From Alphaproteobacteria bacterium (lineage in GTDB: Bacteria > Pseudomonadota > Alphaproteobacteria > MPNO01): 64,000 nucleotides of DNA. The notes under the pieces are model-generated. The model was not told the DNA's origin and did no database searches. It saw only the letters and a list, made by a program, of their open reading frames with translations. Below, piece by piece: positions 17,955 through 28,925 of this stretch. A program made the translations under genes and the position numbers. Location of the stretch: positions 64,001-128,000 of the forward strand of contig OZ219866.1 of assembly GCA_964291675.2 (NCBI GenBank), read 5' to 3'. The number at the start of each line of letters is the position of its first letter. Positions within the stretch are counted from its first letter, which is position 1.

Positions 17955-20900
17955 TCACAACCCAAGATCCATGCCTCCCTTGTCGCGATCGAGCGCGGGC
18001 ATTTCCGGCTCCTTCGCGGGCGTCTTCGTGCTGTCCCCATCCCGTCCGATACCCTCGCCAAGGCCGCGTTCGGGACGCGATTCCGGAGTCCGCCCCGCCT
18101 CCGCAGTCTTTTCCGATCCCTCGCGCTTCATCTCGCCGATGCCTTCGAGCGCCGCGATGCGCTCGCCGGTGACGGCCTGGAGCTGGGCGCGGAGCTCGGC
18201 CGCGTCGTCGGTCACCAGCTCCGCCCGGTCGCGGGCGCGGCTGATCTCGACGTAGAAGCTCTTCTGCGTGGTGAGATGCGGGTGCCTGGCCTCCATCGCG
18301 GCGATCACGTTGTCCACCGTGCGGCCCTGGAAAGCGTGCACCGTGGACGCCCAGGCGTGGTCGAGATGCCTGAGCTGCGGGTCGCCCTTGCCGAGATCCA
18401 TCGTCTTGCCGTCCTCCAGGCGGAACGTCACCCGGCCGTTGGCGACGCGCAGAACCTCCGCCGTGCGGCTGTTGACCAGGCCGAGGCCGGCCTCGTTGCG
18501 GGTCCAGCGGATGCGGTCGCCGGCCCGGAGCTCGATCTCCTCCGCCCGGTAGACCTCGCTGCCGCCCTTTCGCCCGCCGATCTCCTCCGGCTTCCATGCG
18601 ACCCGGCCGCCCTTGCCGTCATCCAGCAGCACCGCGCGCGCCTTGCGGTCGACGCCCGTGACGCGCCGCTCGTCGCCCTTCTCGACGCCGATCCGCTTGT
18701 AGGGGCGGTGGAAGGCCACCACGTCGCCCGTTCCGTAGTTGGCGGCGAGCGCCTTCTCCGCATTGGTGTAGCCCTTGGAGACCAGCCGCTCGCTCTCCAT
18801 CGTCGGCCCGTGGAGGCGTCCCTCGCGGGCAAGGCGCTCGCGGATATGGCCGTTGATCCCCTGCCGCAGCTCGTGGGAAGGCGCCATCACGCCGGTATTC
18901 GCGCGCGCGTCCGCGTCGAGCCGGAGCCAGCGGGCGGCGACCGCGCCGGCGATATTGTCGGGTTTGACCTCGGCGACGTTGCTTCCGAGCTTCGCGAAGG
19001 CGCGCTCGATGTCGCCCTTGAGACTCGCCTCGACCGCTTCCTTAAGGGCGGGATCGCGCTGGCGCATGATCTCGTCCATGGTCGCGGTCTGCATGCCGGC
19101 GGCCTGGAGCTGGGCGAAGGGTTTGCCGGCATCCACGGCGTCGAGCTGCTTGGCGTCGCCCACCAGCACCACGCGCGGGATACGGAGCGCGTTGGCGATC
19201 CTGAGCAGGTCGCGCGCCTGCACGGTGGAGGCGAGCGAGCCCTCGTCGACCACCAGAATGGTCTTCGCGAAGGCGGCGCGCATATCCCTGGCGCCCTTCT
19301 TTGTGAGCCGCCCCTCGGCGACGCCAGCGTTGCGCGCGAGGAAGCGCTGCAGGGTCTCGCTCTCGATGCCGGCCTCGGAAGCCAGCGTCTGCACCGCCGA
19401 GGCCGAGGGCGCGAGCCCCGCCATGCGCCAGCCCTTCTTCTCGGCGAGCGTCCGCGCGCGATTCAGCATGGTGGTCTTGCCGGTGCCGGCATAGCCCTGG
19501 ACGCCGACCGTGCGGTCCTTCGCCGACAGGATCAGCGTCACCGCATCCTTCTGCCCGGCCGTGAGCGGCCCCTTGTTGAGGTGGCCCTGGACCTGCCAGC
19601 CGCGCATCGGCGACCGGCCGCGCCCCTGGCCGCCCCGCCACAACGCCACCGCCTCGCGTTCCTCGCCCACCGTGCGATCGGTGGCGAGCGAGTCCTCGGC
19701 GCCGGGGACGTTCACCGCGTGCAGGGTCCCGGCCTTCTCCAGCGCCGCGACCTCGCGCTCGATGTCCCCGATCGAGGCGGCGCCCGGCGCATGGGCGAGC
19801 GCGGCAGCCAGCAGATCCGTGCGCGAGAACACCGCCTCGCGCTCGGAAAGATGCGCCATCGCCCAGGCGACCGCCTCGGCGGAGGGCGATGCCGGTGGAG
19901 TTTCGGGCCCAGTCTCACGGCCCGGCAAGCCATCCCGGTCCCAGCCGGACCGCCGATCGGTTTCCACCGCACTCGGTCCGCCAGCGCCCGGCTGATTATC
20001 GCCGTCGATATCGTGCCGCTCCCGGTTTCCTGCACCGGCCGTCTCGCCCGGTCCGGTGGCTGGTCCGACCCCCGCCTCCCTTTCCGGAGCGCCGGATTTC
20101 TCGATGGCCTCGGCCACCAATGCCGTCGCATCGAGGCCGAGATCGGCGGCCTGGCGCTGCCACACGCCCCGCAGCTCGTCGCGGTCGATGTCGCGCTTCT
20201 TCGCCCGCGTCATCAGCGCCGCGCGCTCGGCGAGGCGCGGATTGTCGGCCGGGCTGCCGAGTTCGCGCGCCTTCATCGCCGCCTCGACCTCGGCCCGGCG
20301 GCTCGAGAACGCCTCGATGGTCTCTCTCGGCACGCCCGCAATCTCGAAGCGGCCGTCGGCATGGGTCTTCTCGATGCCGTAGCCGAGCCTGGCGAGGCCG
20401 GCGGCGAGTTCCGACCGGTAGAGGGCGCCCAGCAGCATCTTCGAGCCGTAGAGCTTTTCGTTCGCCATGGTGCGCCACTTACCGTCCTCGCCCTGCACCA
20501 TGTTGGCGAGCACGGCATGGGTGTGGAGCTGGGGATCCAGATTGCGCGAGGTGTCGTGCCTGAAGGTGGCGGCCACGGTCTTCTGGTTGCCGGCGCGGAT
20601 CATGCGGCCGGTATCGGGATCCTTCATTCGGGTCTCGGCGGCATTCTTCTCCACCCAGGCGAGCGCCGCCGCCGCGGCCCTGTCGTGCGCCGCGACGATG
20701 CGCCGGTCGCCGCCGATCAGCGCGGCGAGCGAGACCGATTTGGGCGCGGAGAAGGTGAGGTCGCGGCCGGGCCGGTGGATGATCTCTCCGTCCTTGCCCC
20801 TGCGCCCGAGCTCGGTGCCCGAGCCGTCCGGCACCTTGCCTTCGAGGACCGCCCGGAACGTGTCCGGGTCGACCGGGCCTTTCAGGCCGAGCTCTTCGGC

Positions 20901-21020
20901 CCCCCTGCCGGCCCAGACGCTGGCCTCGCGGTGTTCGGGATCGTCCTTCGCGTAATAGCCGTCGCGCTCGTAGTAGTGCGCCCCCTGGGCGGCCGAGGTG
21001 AGCGCCCCGATCGAGAGCAT
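17955..21020 (-). CDS. traI: MOB_F conjugative relaxase-helicase (TrwC/TraI)
   Basis: YYERDGYY, DLTFSAPKSVS, HDTSRNLDPQLHTH, QGYAGTGKTT, VVDEGS. Confidence 0.95.
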   Translation of the reverse strand: MLSIGALTSAAQGAHYYERDGYYAKDDPEHREASVWAGRGAEELGLKGPVDPDTFRAVLEGKVPDGSGTELGRRGKDGEIIHRPGRDLTFSAPKSVSLAALIGGDRRIVAAHDRAAAAALAWVEKNAAETRMKDPDTGRMIRAGNQKTVAATFRHDTSRNLDPQLHTHAVLANMVQGEDGKWRTMANEKLYGSKMLLGALYRSELAAGLARLGYGIEKTHADGRFEIAGVPRETIEAFSSRRAEVEAAMKARELGSPADNPRLAERAALMTRAKKRDIDRDELRGVWQRQAADLGLDATALVAEAIEKSGAPEREAGVGPATGPGETAGAGNRERHDIDGDNQPGAGGPSAVETDRRSGWDRDGLPGRETGPETPPASPSAEAVAWAMAHLSEREAVFSRTDLLAAALAHAPGAASIGDIEREVAALEKAGTLHAVNVPGAEDSLATDRTVGEEREAVALWRGGQGRGRSPMRGWQVQGHLNKGPLTAGQKDAVTLILSAKDRTVGVQGYAGTGKTTMLNRARTLAEKKGWRMAGLAPSASAVQTLASEAGIESETLQRFLARNAGVAEGRLTKKGARDMRAAFAKTILVVDEGSLASTVQARDLLRIANALRIPRVVLVGDAKQLDAVDAGKPFAQLQAAGMQTATMDEIMRQRDPALKEAVEASLKGDIERAFAKLGSNVAEVKPDNIAGAVAARWLRLDADARANTGVMAPSHELRQGINGHIRERLAREGRLHGPTMESERLVSKGYTNAEKALAANYGTGDVVAFHRPYKRIGVEKGDERRVTGVDRKARAVLLDDGKGGRVAWKPEEIGGRKGGSEVYRAEEIELRAGDRIRWTRNEAGLGLVNSRTAEVLRVANGRVTFRLEDGKTMDLGKGDPQLRHLDHAWASTVHAFQGRTVDNVIAAMEARHPHLTTQKSFYVEISRARDRAELVTDDAAELRAQLQAVTGERIAALEGIGEMKREGSEKTAEAGRTPESRPERGLGEGIGRDGDSTKTPAKEPEMPALDRDKGGMDLGL

Positions 21021-21021
21021 G

Positions 21022-23109
21022 TCAGAGCCACTCGGACGGCCGTTCGCCGTCCGGCCCGGCGGGCGGCGGCGGGTCTTCCGCTTCGGAGCCGTCGTCCGGC
21101 GGGCCGTCCTGCGGCGCTATCGCGGGCACCGCGGCATCGGGTTGTGGCGCCTGCCCGGTCCCGTTCGGCGCCGCGCCAGCCTCTCCCGGCAGCGGCACGA
21201 GATCCAGCTCGCCCTGGCGCGTGACGGCATCCGGCGCGTCTTCCGGCTCCATCGTCGGGATTGCCGCGCCGGTGCCGGCCTCGTCCGGCGGGTCCGGAAT
21301 GGCCATGCCGTCCACCGCGCCGGGCTTCGCGGGTGCCGCGGCCGGCGCATCGTCTCCGCCTCCGTCACCCTCGCGCGGCACGAACCGCTCCGCCGCCTTC
21401 GGCCGGGCGACGTATTTGAGGCGGATGGAAGCGACCGGGAAGGGCCCGGGGAACTTCAGATAGCCCGAGAGGTTCTCCAGCCGCATGATCTCGGAGGGCA
21501 GCGCGAGCGCGCGCAATTCCCGGCGCGGCGTCAGGCTCACCCCGTCGCGGATCGTGTTCGCTCCGTAGGAGTAGCCCTCGGAGACCTCCTCGACCTCGCT
21601 GCGTCCAAGGCTGTCGGCCGACCATTGCGCGGTGTCGCGGTCGGGCGCGGCCAGCACGACGCGGGTGCCGCACAAGCCCGAGATGGTCTCCGCCCCGTTG
21701 CGTCCGTAGAGGTCGCGCAGCGCCGAGGCCACCTGGACGCCGAGCACGAAACAGCCGCCGAACTGGCGCGACTCCGCGAGGCCCGGCTGGAGCGACGGCA
21801 CCTGGTGCAGGGTGGGGAGCTCGTCGAGGATTACCCAGATACGCCGCCCGTCGTCCTGGGCAAGCGTCAGCATGGCGTTGACCGCGATCTCCAGCCAGGT
21901 CGAGATCAGACCCCGCAACGAAGCATGCTGGTCTCCCCTGGACGTGAGGAACAGGAACCCGTCGCGGTCCTCGTCGCCGATCCACTCCCGGATCGAGAAC
22001 GGCTTGCCGGTATCGGGCAGGAACTCGAGCGCGGACAGGTTCGCGGTCAGCATGGCGCGCACCGAGAGCGCCGTCTTGGGGTTGTCGGGATCGACGATGG
22101 ACTGCGCCACCGTGCCTTCCATCGCCTCCGCGAGCGCCGTCAGGTCGGTCTTGAGCAGGTGGTCGACCAGGACGCGGTTCTCGGTGATCCCCTTCTGCCG
22201 CAGCACGCCGGCGCCGTTGGAGAAGAGCTGGCGGGCGGCGGTCACCCAGAACGGGTCCACCGTGTCCTTCTGCTGCGGGATCAGCGCGGCGGCCATCATG
22301 TCGAAGTCGCGGGGGTTCCGCGCTTCCAGGAACGGCGACCAGCGCGGCGCGCGCGCGTCGAGCGGGTTCATCAGCACGTCGCGGCGCTCATCGAAGAAGG
22401 CGCGCGTGTAGCTCCCCATCTTGTCGTAGAGGACGCAGCGCTCGCCCCGGGCGCGGATCTGCGAGACAAGATCGGAGATCAGCACGGTCTTGCCGGAGCC
22501 GGTGGTGCCCGAGACGATGGTGTGCTGCGTCTCGGTGCGCTCCGGGTAGGGAATGCCGGCGATGGCGTAGGGCCGGAACCGGACGGCGCCCGGGAAGAGG
22601 CCCAGGACGCGTTCTTGGGGCGATTGCAGCCGGCGGCGCAGCTCCCCGGCGGTGACCATCTCGGCGCCCCTGATGCGGCGCTGGCGGCCGAGCTGCGCGC
22701 CGCGCAGCCAGAACGCGACCAGGAAGAGCCCGATCAGCCCGCCCCCGGACATCGCGCCGAGCCCGGCGCTCTGGAACATCACGTCCCTGATCCGCTCGCG
22801 CGCCTCGCGGGCCGGGACCGAGGCGGCGATGTCGCGGATGCTGAGCACGCGCCGCGTGCCGTCGGCGAACCGGATCTCCTGACCCGAATCCGGATCGTAG
22901 CCGATCGTCAGCTTGACCTCGGCGAGCGTCACCATGCCGGCCGCGTACCACTCCGCCCCCGTGGTGCGGTGCCACAACGTCCAGCCCGGCACCACGACGG
23001 TCGTGAAGGCGGCGAACAGGACGGCGGCCCGGAAGAGCTGCCCCCACATCCGGATAGCGTGGAAGACGGTCTGCCCGCCCCTGAGCGTGCTGCCGCCGAT
23101 GCCGCGCAT
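21022..23109 (-). CDS. traD: Type IV coupling protein
   Basis: Two N-terminal TM segments, GTTGSGKT, DELPTL, ESRQFGGC, acidic C-terminal tail. Confidence 0.93.
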   Translation of the reverse strand: MRGIGGSTLRGGQTVFHAIRMWGQLFRAAVLFAAFTTVVVPGWTLWHRTTGAEWYAAGMVTLAEVKLTIGYDPDSGQEIRFADGTRRVLSIRDIAASVPAREARERIRDVMFQSAGLGAMSGGGLIGLFLVAFWLRGAQLGRQRRIRGAEMVTAGELRRRLQSPQERVLGLFPGAVRFRPYAIAGIPYPERTETQHTIVSGTTGSGKTVLISDLVSQIRARGERCVLYDKMGSYTRAFFDERRDVLMNPLDARAPRWSPFLEARNPRDFDMMAAALIPQQKDTVDPFWVTAARQLFSNGAGVLRQKGITENRVLVDHLLKTDLTALAEAMEGTVAQSIVDPDNPKTALSVRAMLTANLSALEFLPDTGKPFSIREWIGDEDRDGFLFLTSRGDQHASLRGLISTWLEIAVNAMLTLAQDDGRRIWVILDELPTLHQVPSLQPGLAESRQFGGCFVLGVQVASALRDLYGRNGAETISGLCGTRVVLAAPDRDTAQWSADSLGRSEVEEVSEGYSYGANTIRDGVSLTPRRELRALALPSEIMRLENLSGYLKFPGPFPVASIRLKYVARPKAAERFVPREGDGGGDDAPAAAPAKPGAVDGMAIPDPPDEAGTGAAIPTMEPEDAPDAVTRQGELDLVPLPGEAGAAPNGTGQAPQPDAAVPAIAPQDGPPDDGSEAEDPPPPAGPDGERPSEWL

Positions 23110-23292
23110 GGCGTTCTCCTTCAGGTCGCGTGGTTACCGCCCGGAGGCGGAGGGGGCCAGGGGCCGGGTCGAGGGCGAACGGGGCGGAGGGGGTGCCCGG
23201 ATCGGGAGCCTGCCCCGGACGAGTTCCGGGGTCCGGGCCAGGCGCGAGGATTCCCTTTTGCGGTTCCGCCGCTATGCTCGGAGGACATGCAC

Positions 23293-23619
23293 ATGACACG
23301 AACATTTTCGGACTCCGGCGCCTCCTGGCGCGCCCGCGCCATCGTGCTGGGCCCGCTGGCGCTCGCCGCGCTCGCGACCGGCGCCGGCGCCGATGCCGCG
23401 TTGCTCGGGCCGCTGTGGCTGGCGGCGCTCGCCTGGACCGTGCTCGCCAGCCTGGCGGGCGCGATCCGGCGCGGCCTCCGCCACGGCGACCGCGCCGCCT
23501 TCGGCCGCTACCGGTTCCCGGACGGCGCCGATGCCGGCCTCGACATGGACACCCGGACGGGCATGTACGCGTATCTGCGCGACGAGGAGGACCGGCTGCT
23601 CGACGACGACTGGCGCTGA
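23293..23619 (+). CDS. Small inner-membrane protein; candidate entry-exclusion factor
   Basis: GGAGG RBS, two hydrophobic helices and an acidic tail; convergent with traG, as for Eex of SXT/R391. Function inferred from position. Confidence 0.55.
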   Translation: MTRTFSDSGASWRARAIVLGPLALAALATGAGADAALLGPLWLAALAWTVLASLAGAIRRGLRHGDRAAFGRYRFPDGADAGLDMDTRTGMYAYLRDEEDRLLDDDWR

Positions 23620-23648
23620 CCGGCCCGGGGTGCGGATCACGGCCCCGG

Positions 23649-26566
23649 TCAAGGTGAAGAGTCCCCCAATTTTCCTGATCTTGCCGCGGCCGGTTCCCGC
23701 CGGCCCCGCCCGCCGCGGCGTCGGGCACCGCGTTCTTCGCGGTGCCGTAGAGCTTGCCGGCGAGCCAGTCGCCGATCACCGGCAGGTTCTCGGTCGCGTG
23801 ACGCTCGAAGGGTTTGTCCGTCTCGACCGCCACCCCGGCGCGGCCTTCCCTTGCGTCCTCCCGCGCGATCCCGGCCCGCGCCTCGCGCCCGGCTTCCTTC
23901 ACCGTCATGTCGGCCTTCGTCTCCGCGCGCCCGCCGAGCGCATCCGCATCCACCTCGCCCGGGCGGGGCGCGCCCGCCGCAGCCGCCCGGTCGCGCACGC
24001 CTTCGGCCCAGCCGCCCCAGGCCGCCGCGGTCTCGCGCCCGTAGGCGCCGCGCAATTCGCCCGCCGCGCCCTCGTATTCGGCGGCGCCGCCGACCGAGGC
24101 CGGATCGGGGCCGGCCGGAGCGGGGAACTTCTCGGCGATGAACGCCGCAGCGTGCTCGCGCAGCGCCTCGGCGTCCTCGGCCGTCTGGGGCGAGGCGATG
24201 CGCATGGCGCCGGCGGCGCCGATCGGCCGCCCGTCCGATCCCGTCCGCTCCGACAGCCAGGCGAAGAAGGGCTGGCCCAGCTCGCGCTCGACCGCTTGCG
24301 CGTCCGAGCGCACCTGCGCGGCCTGCTCGGACCAGCTCTCCGATTCCTGCCTCGCGAGCGAGGCCCGTTCCTGGAACGTCCGCATGCGCGTGAGATTGGC
24401 CGACAGGCTCTCGTCGAGGCTCGCCGCCTCGCTCTCGCCGGTCGCGGTCGTATAGCGCCGGGAGGCCTCCGAGACGCTCGACCAGAGGTCGGTCACCTGG
24501 TGGCTCTGGGCGTAGTCCTTGACGGCGTTCCAGGCGTTCTTCTCGATGGTCTGGCCGCGCCACATGGCCGAGCCGTCGGCGCCGAGCTTGACCACGAAGT
24601 CCCAGCCGCCGCCGACCTTCGCCTGTCCCGTCAGCACCGCCATCTGGTCCTTCGAGATGCCCGCCGTCTCCGACATCTTGTCGTAATGCGCCTCCAGCGC
24701 CTGGACCTGGGCGCTCTCGCTCTCCGTCACGCCCCGCGCATAGGCTTCCCCCGTGCTGACGTCGTGGCTGTAGCGCTCAATCAGCCCCGTCGCGTCGGTG
24801 ACGGCGGCGTTCCGCGCCTGGCCCGCCTCCGCCGACCAGTGGCGCGAGAGCGTGCTGGCCTCGGCCGCGCGGGTCTCGTAAGACGTGGCCAGCGACTCCG
24901 AGAGGCGTACGCCGGCCGCCGGGATGCGGCTGGTCGCGGCGCCCATGTCGGCGATGGGGGTGCCGTCGCCCGCGACGGTGAACGCCGCGCCGGCGGGCGC
25001 ATAGCCGGTGTAACGGTCGGTGTCGACATGGGCCGAGGTGCGGATCTGGCGCCCCTCCAGGGTGGCGAAGCGGTGGCTGTCATAGGCGGTGCTGGCGAGC
25101 GAGAGGTTGCCGGTCGTGCCCTCGTGGGCGGCCGACGAGGCCGCGTCCTGACCGACCGCCAGCACGGACGTGGCCAGCACCGTGGCCTTGGAGAGCCCGT
25201 AGGCAAGCGCGGCGGCGAGGAACGGCACCGACATGGAGAGATACCCGCTCATCACGGCCACGTCCGAGGCGACCGCCCGGATGCCGGCCTGGGCGACCAG
25301 CGAGATGCCGATATCGCCGCCCGGCATCAGCGCCGCGGCCTGCATGCGCTCGGCCGCCTCGCCCATGCTGATTCGGTGCAGCACCGCGTAGAGCGGGCCC
25401 CAGGACTGAAGCCAGACCAGCCCGGTGACGTAGGAGCGGAAGATCGCCCCGCCCGCCGGCGTCAGCATCAACAGCACCGCGATCGGGAACGCCCCGACAT
25501 AGAGGCACTCGAAGACGATGCGCAGCAGCGGCACCCAGGTCTCGGCCTGCCTGCCGATCGCCCGGTAGGCCGAGACGGTCTGCGCCTCGGCCCGCGCTTC
25601 CGTATAAGCCCGCAAGGCGGCGGCATTGCCGGCCTCCGCCGCCCACTGCTCGCCCGCGTCGTGGACGGCGTTCAGCACCATCTGCTGGCGCATGATCTCG
25701 CCCGCCGAGCGCGAGGCGCCTATGAGAAAGTCGTGCGCGGCCGGCAGTGCGGCCAGCAGCTCGGCGCGGGCCAGCGCCCCGGTCCTGGCGTCGGGGAAGA
25801 TGCGCCTGCCGAACACCGTGCCGGCCCGGGCGATCTCGGCGTTCCACTGCTCGTTGAGCAGCCCGGCGCCGGTCTCGCAGGTGACGATGCTGCGGTCGAT
25901 GGTGGTCGCGCCGGTCCCCGAGACCGCGCCCCTCGCGGCATACTCGAACATGCGCGCCGGCGAGGCGCCGGCCGAGGGCGAGCCCGTCGCCGTGACCAGG
26001 GACCAGATGTCGGTGGATTCGCGGAGGTCGTCGGCCGAGACGTGGCCCAGCAGGAGCGCGTGGAACACGCACTGGCGGGCGTAGTTGCGGACGTTCCTCG
26101 CGAACACCGCGTCGGTGATCTCGAGCCGGGTCGCCCTGGCCGCGAGCCGGGCCCCGAATATGAGCCCGTGGCGCTGGTAGGCGAGGTCGTTGGGCAGCGT
26201 GAAGGCCTGCTCGGTGAGGCGCGTCAGCCCGTCGCCCACCTGGCTGGTGAGCGAGGCGAACAGCGCGAGACCGATGGGGACGTTCGCCACCACGGCGGGC
26301 GCCAGCGCCGGGTCGAGCCGGTCCACCACCCGCACGGTCGCCTTGGGCACGATCATCGCGCCCCAGACGACCGCGAACAGCAGGATCCACTTCGCGTTGT
26401 CGCGCCAGCTCCCGCCGAAGGCGGTGCGGAACAGCACCCAGCCGAGACCCGCGATGCCGGCGAGCTGGGCGAGCGTCACATAGGCGCCGCCCGAGGTAAT
26501 GGCGGCGACGGCGTTCAGGAGATCGACGAGGTAGGTCCCGCCGCCGAGGGTGAAGAGCTCGTACAT
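23649..26566 (-). CDS. traG: Mating-pair stabilisation protein TraG (stop lost by a -1 frameshift near 23665)
   Basis: LLNAVAA, VVANVPIGLA, WLQSWGPLYAVL TraG_N motifs; one extra G in the G5 run would give ENWGDSSP*. Confidence 0.88.
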
Positions 26567-26589
26567 ATATTAAGGTGTCACCGCATGGG

Positions 26590-28095
26590 TCAGCGCGAAC
26601 CCGCGCCGGCCCCACCACGCGCGAAGGCGAGCGCGGCGCGCAGATCGGCCGAGAGCGCGCCCGCGAGCTCGGTCTCGATCAGGCGAAGCTTCTCGACCAC
26701 GGCGAGCGCCGTGTTGAGCCGCTGGAGGCCCTGGTGGCGGTGCCTTGCCAGCGCGACCCGGTTGGCCCGAAGCCCTTCCCGCCACCTTCGCAATTGCTCG
26801 CCGTCGGCGATGTCCAATGTGCCGGCGCGCTCCTCGACGGTGCGGTGGAGGTCCGTGATCCAGACCTGCATGACGTCGAGCGCGACGGCCTCGGCGAGCG
26901 CGTCCATCTCCTGGTCGATCACCGCGCCCCGGTAGGCCGCTGCCGTGTTGGCGACCCGGTAGACCGGGAGCGTGGTGAGGTTCACGAGGCCGAGCGCGGC
27001 GGCGGGCGGGGCGGTGTCGGTGCGCACCGCGTCCACGAGATCGCGCAGCAGCTCCGCGACGCGCGCCCGGAAGCCCCGGTTCGCGGGGATCGTCACCGTG
27101 CCGAGCGTCGGGTTGAGGCAGAGGTTGGTGGTGTCGCAGCGGTAGACGGGAAGCGTTCCGCCGCCCTCCATCAGCACCTCGGTCACCCGGCGGTCGAGCG
27201 CCAGCGGCTCCAGGATGCGGACGCGGGGACCGGAAGGATCGCTGTCGCTGGTCGGCGCGGTGACGATCAGCGTGCCGGTGACCGCCATCGCGAACTCGGC
27301 CAGCTGGACGTCGCCCGCCAGGAAGGACGACGCCCGGATCGCCTTCCAGGCATAGTTGACGTTGACCGGCACCTGGTCCGCCATGGCGCCCGAGGCGCTG
27401 GCGAGGGTCGAGTTGCGCCTGCCGTCGGCGCCGCAGCCGTGCTTCGCGGCGGCGTAGTCGGAGAAGATGCCCTGCGACGTGCCGATCGCGGCGCAGATGG
27501 ATGCCGAGGCCCGGTCGTTCTTGGACCAGACGGCGCCAACCAGCGCCTGGGCGGTCTCGCAGGAGTTGAGGTTCTGGCTGTTGACCCACTGCGCCAGCGC
27601 CCGCAGCTTGGCCATGGTCTCGGCGATCACCGGCGAGATCGTCTCCAGCGCCAGCTCGAAGGCGAAGCCCGCGGCGTTCTGCGCCACCGCGCGCCCGAAG
27701 GCGATCAGCTGGTCCGAGTTGATGAACGAGAACGCCCCGGCGAAGGCGTCGATGCCGCCGCACCCCGCGCGGAAAGAGGGCAGGTTGACGGTAGCGACCT
27801 GCTCGGAGCGCACCGGGGCGCGGAGATAGAGGTTGCCGAGCGTCCAGTGGCCCGACGCCTGGCCCTGGAAGGCGGTCGGGCCGGTGGTGTTGACCGCGGC
27901 GCCCTGCCAGAAGCGGTTCATCTCCGAGAGCACGTCGGCATGGGACGGGCCGGCCGCGAGAAGGACGGCGGCAAGCAGGCCGGTCGATGCGGCGGCCCGC
28001 CGGAAACGGCGCTGTATCCCGGACGGACGCCACCGTCGGCGGTTCGTGCATACGGTATGCAGACCGGGCCGCATGGGGCATCCGCTAATAGTCAT
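26590..28095 (-). CDS. traH: Pilus assembly protein TraH
   Basis: PSFRAGCGGIDAFAGAFSFIN and NLNSCETAQALV; start codon uncertain. Confidence 0.92.
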   Translation of the reverse strand: MTISGCPMRPGLHTVCTNRRRWRPSGIQRRFRRAAASTGLLAAVLLAAGPSHADVLSEMNRFWQGAAVNTTGPTAFQGQASGHWTLGNLYLRAPVRSEQVATVNLPSFRAGCGGIDAFAGAFSFINSDQLIAFGRAVAQNAAGFAFELALETISPVIAETMAKLRALAQWVNSQNLNSCETAQALVGAVWSKNDRASASICAAIGTSQGIFSDYAAAKHGCGADGRRNSTLASASGAMADQVPVNVNYAWKAIRASSFLAGDVQLAEFAMAVTGTLIVTAPTSDSDPSGPRVRILEPLALDRRVTEVLMEGGGTLPVYRCDTTNLCLNPTLGTVTIPANRGFRARVAELLRDLVDAVRTDTAPPAAALGLVNLTTLPVYRVANTAAAYRGAVIDQEMDALAEAVALDVMQVWITDLHRTVEERAGTLDIADGEQLRRWREGLRANRVALARHRHQGLQRLNTALAVVEKLRLIETELAGALSADLRAALAFARGGAGAGSR

Positions 28096-28924
28096 GACCG
28101 GGCTCCAGGGCGGTGAGGGCGAAGATCCGCTCGGCCATCTCGTCCTCGGCCAGGACGCCGAAGCCGACCGGCACGACCTTCTTCGTTTGCACATCGAACA
28201 GCACGAGCGCTGGGACCGGGGCGTTGCCGAGGCCGAAGCGGGCGGCGCGCCCGTTGTCGGGCACGGCCTCCGGCCAGCCCTCCAGCGCCTCGCCGGTGAG
28301 CGAGACCGCGAGCACGTCGAGGCCGTGGCGAAGACTGAAGGCGCGCAGCAGCGGTCCGAACACCTTGCACCCCGCGCAGCCGGCATGGCCCAGGTAGATC
28401 AGTCCGTAGCGCTCGCCGAGGCGGGCCAATGCCGCGTCGCGCGCGCCGCGGCGTTCGTCGGACCAGATCTGCTTGGCGAGCGCCCCGACCGGACGCCGGA
28501 GCGTGTAATCCAGTTCCGGCGTCGCCCACACCGAGCGCCGGAAGGCATCGGAGAAGGCCGCCGCCTTCTGCAAGGTCTCCTGTTGCAGCCGCAGATAGTC
28601 GGTGACGTTGGCGGGCGTGGGGTCGAGGATCGCCACGGCGCGCGCCTCCTCCAGCGCCTTGCGCATCGCCTCGATCCCTTCCGTGGCCGGCTGTCCGGTG
28701 TCGCCGGGAGGCGGGGCGGGGGTGGGTCCGACCCGTTGCGGCTCGTCCGCCCGGTCGCAGTAGAAGTGCCAGCCGAGGCCCTGTCCCTCGCCCGAACCCG
28801 GATTCCCGCACCAGGAGCGCCACTCCCCGCCCGCCGCGGACGCGCCCAGCGCCGCCCAGACGCCGATCGCGGCAAGGGCGCGTGTCACCGTGCGCCGGAC
28901 GACGGGACTTGCGGCGCCGGGCAT
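28085..28924 (-). CDS. traF: F-type TraF (thioredoxin-like)
   Basis: GWHFYCD, AILDPTPANV.DY, PELDY, CAGC, VPALVL. Confidence 0.9.
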   Translation of the reverse strand: MPGAASPVVRRTVTRALAAIGVWAALGASAAGGEWRSWCGNPGSGEGQGLGWHFYCDRADEPQRVGPTPAPPPGDTGQPATEGIEAMRKALEEARAVAILDPTPANVTDYLRLQQETLQKAAAFSDAFRRSVWATPELDYTLRRPVGALAKQIWSDERRGARDAALARLGERYGLIYLGHAGCAGCKVFGPLLRAFSLRHGLDVLAVSLTGEALEGWPEAVPDNGRAARFGLGNAPVPALVLFDVQTKKVVPVGFGVLAEDEMAERIFALTALEPGHDY

Positions 28925-28925
28925 C

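Noticed and set aside
22388-23648. 1392-aa extended TraG
   Set aside because: The tail is low-complexity Arg/Pro/Gly sequence overlapping the Eex-like gene and traD; better explained by a lost stop.
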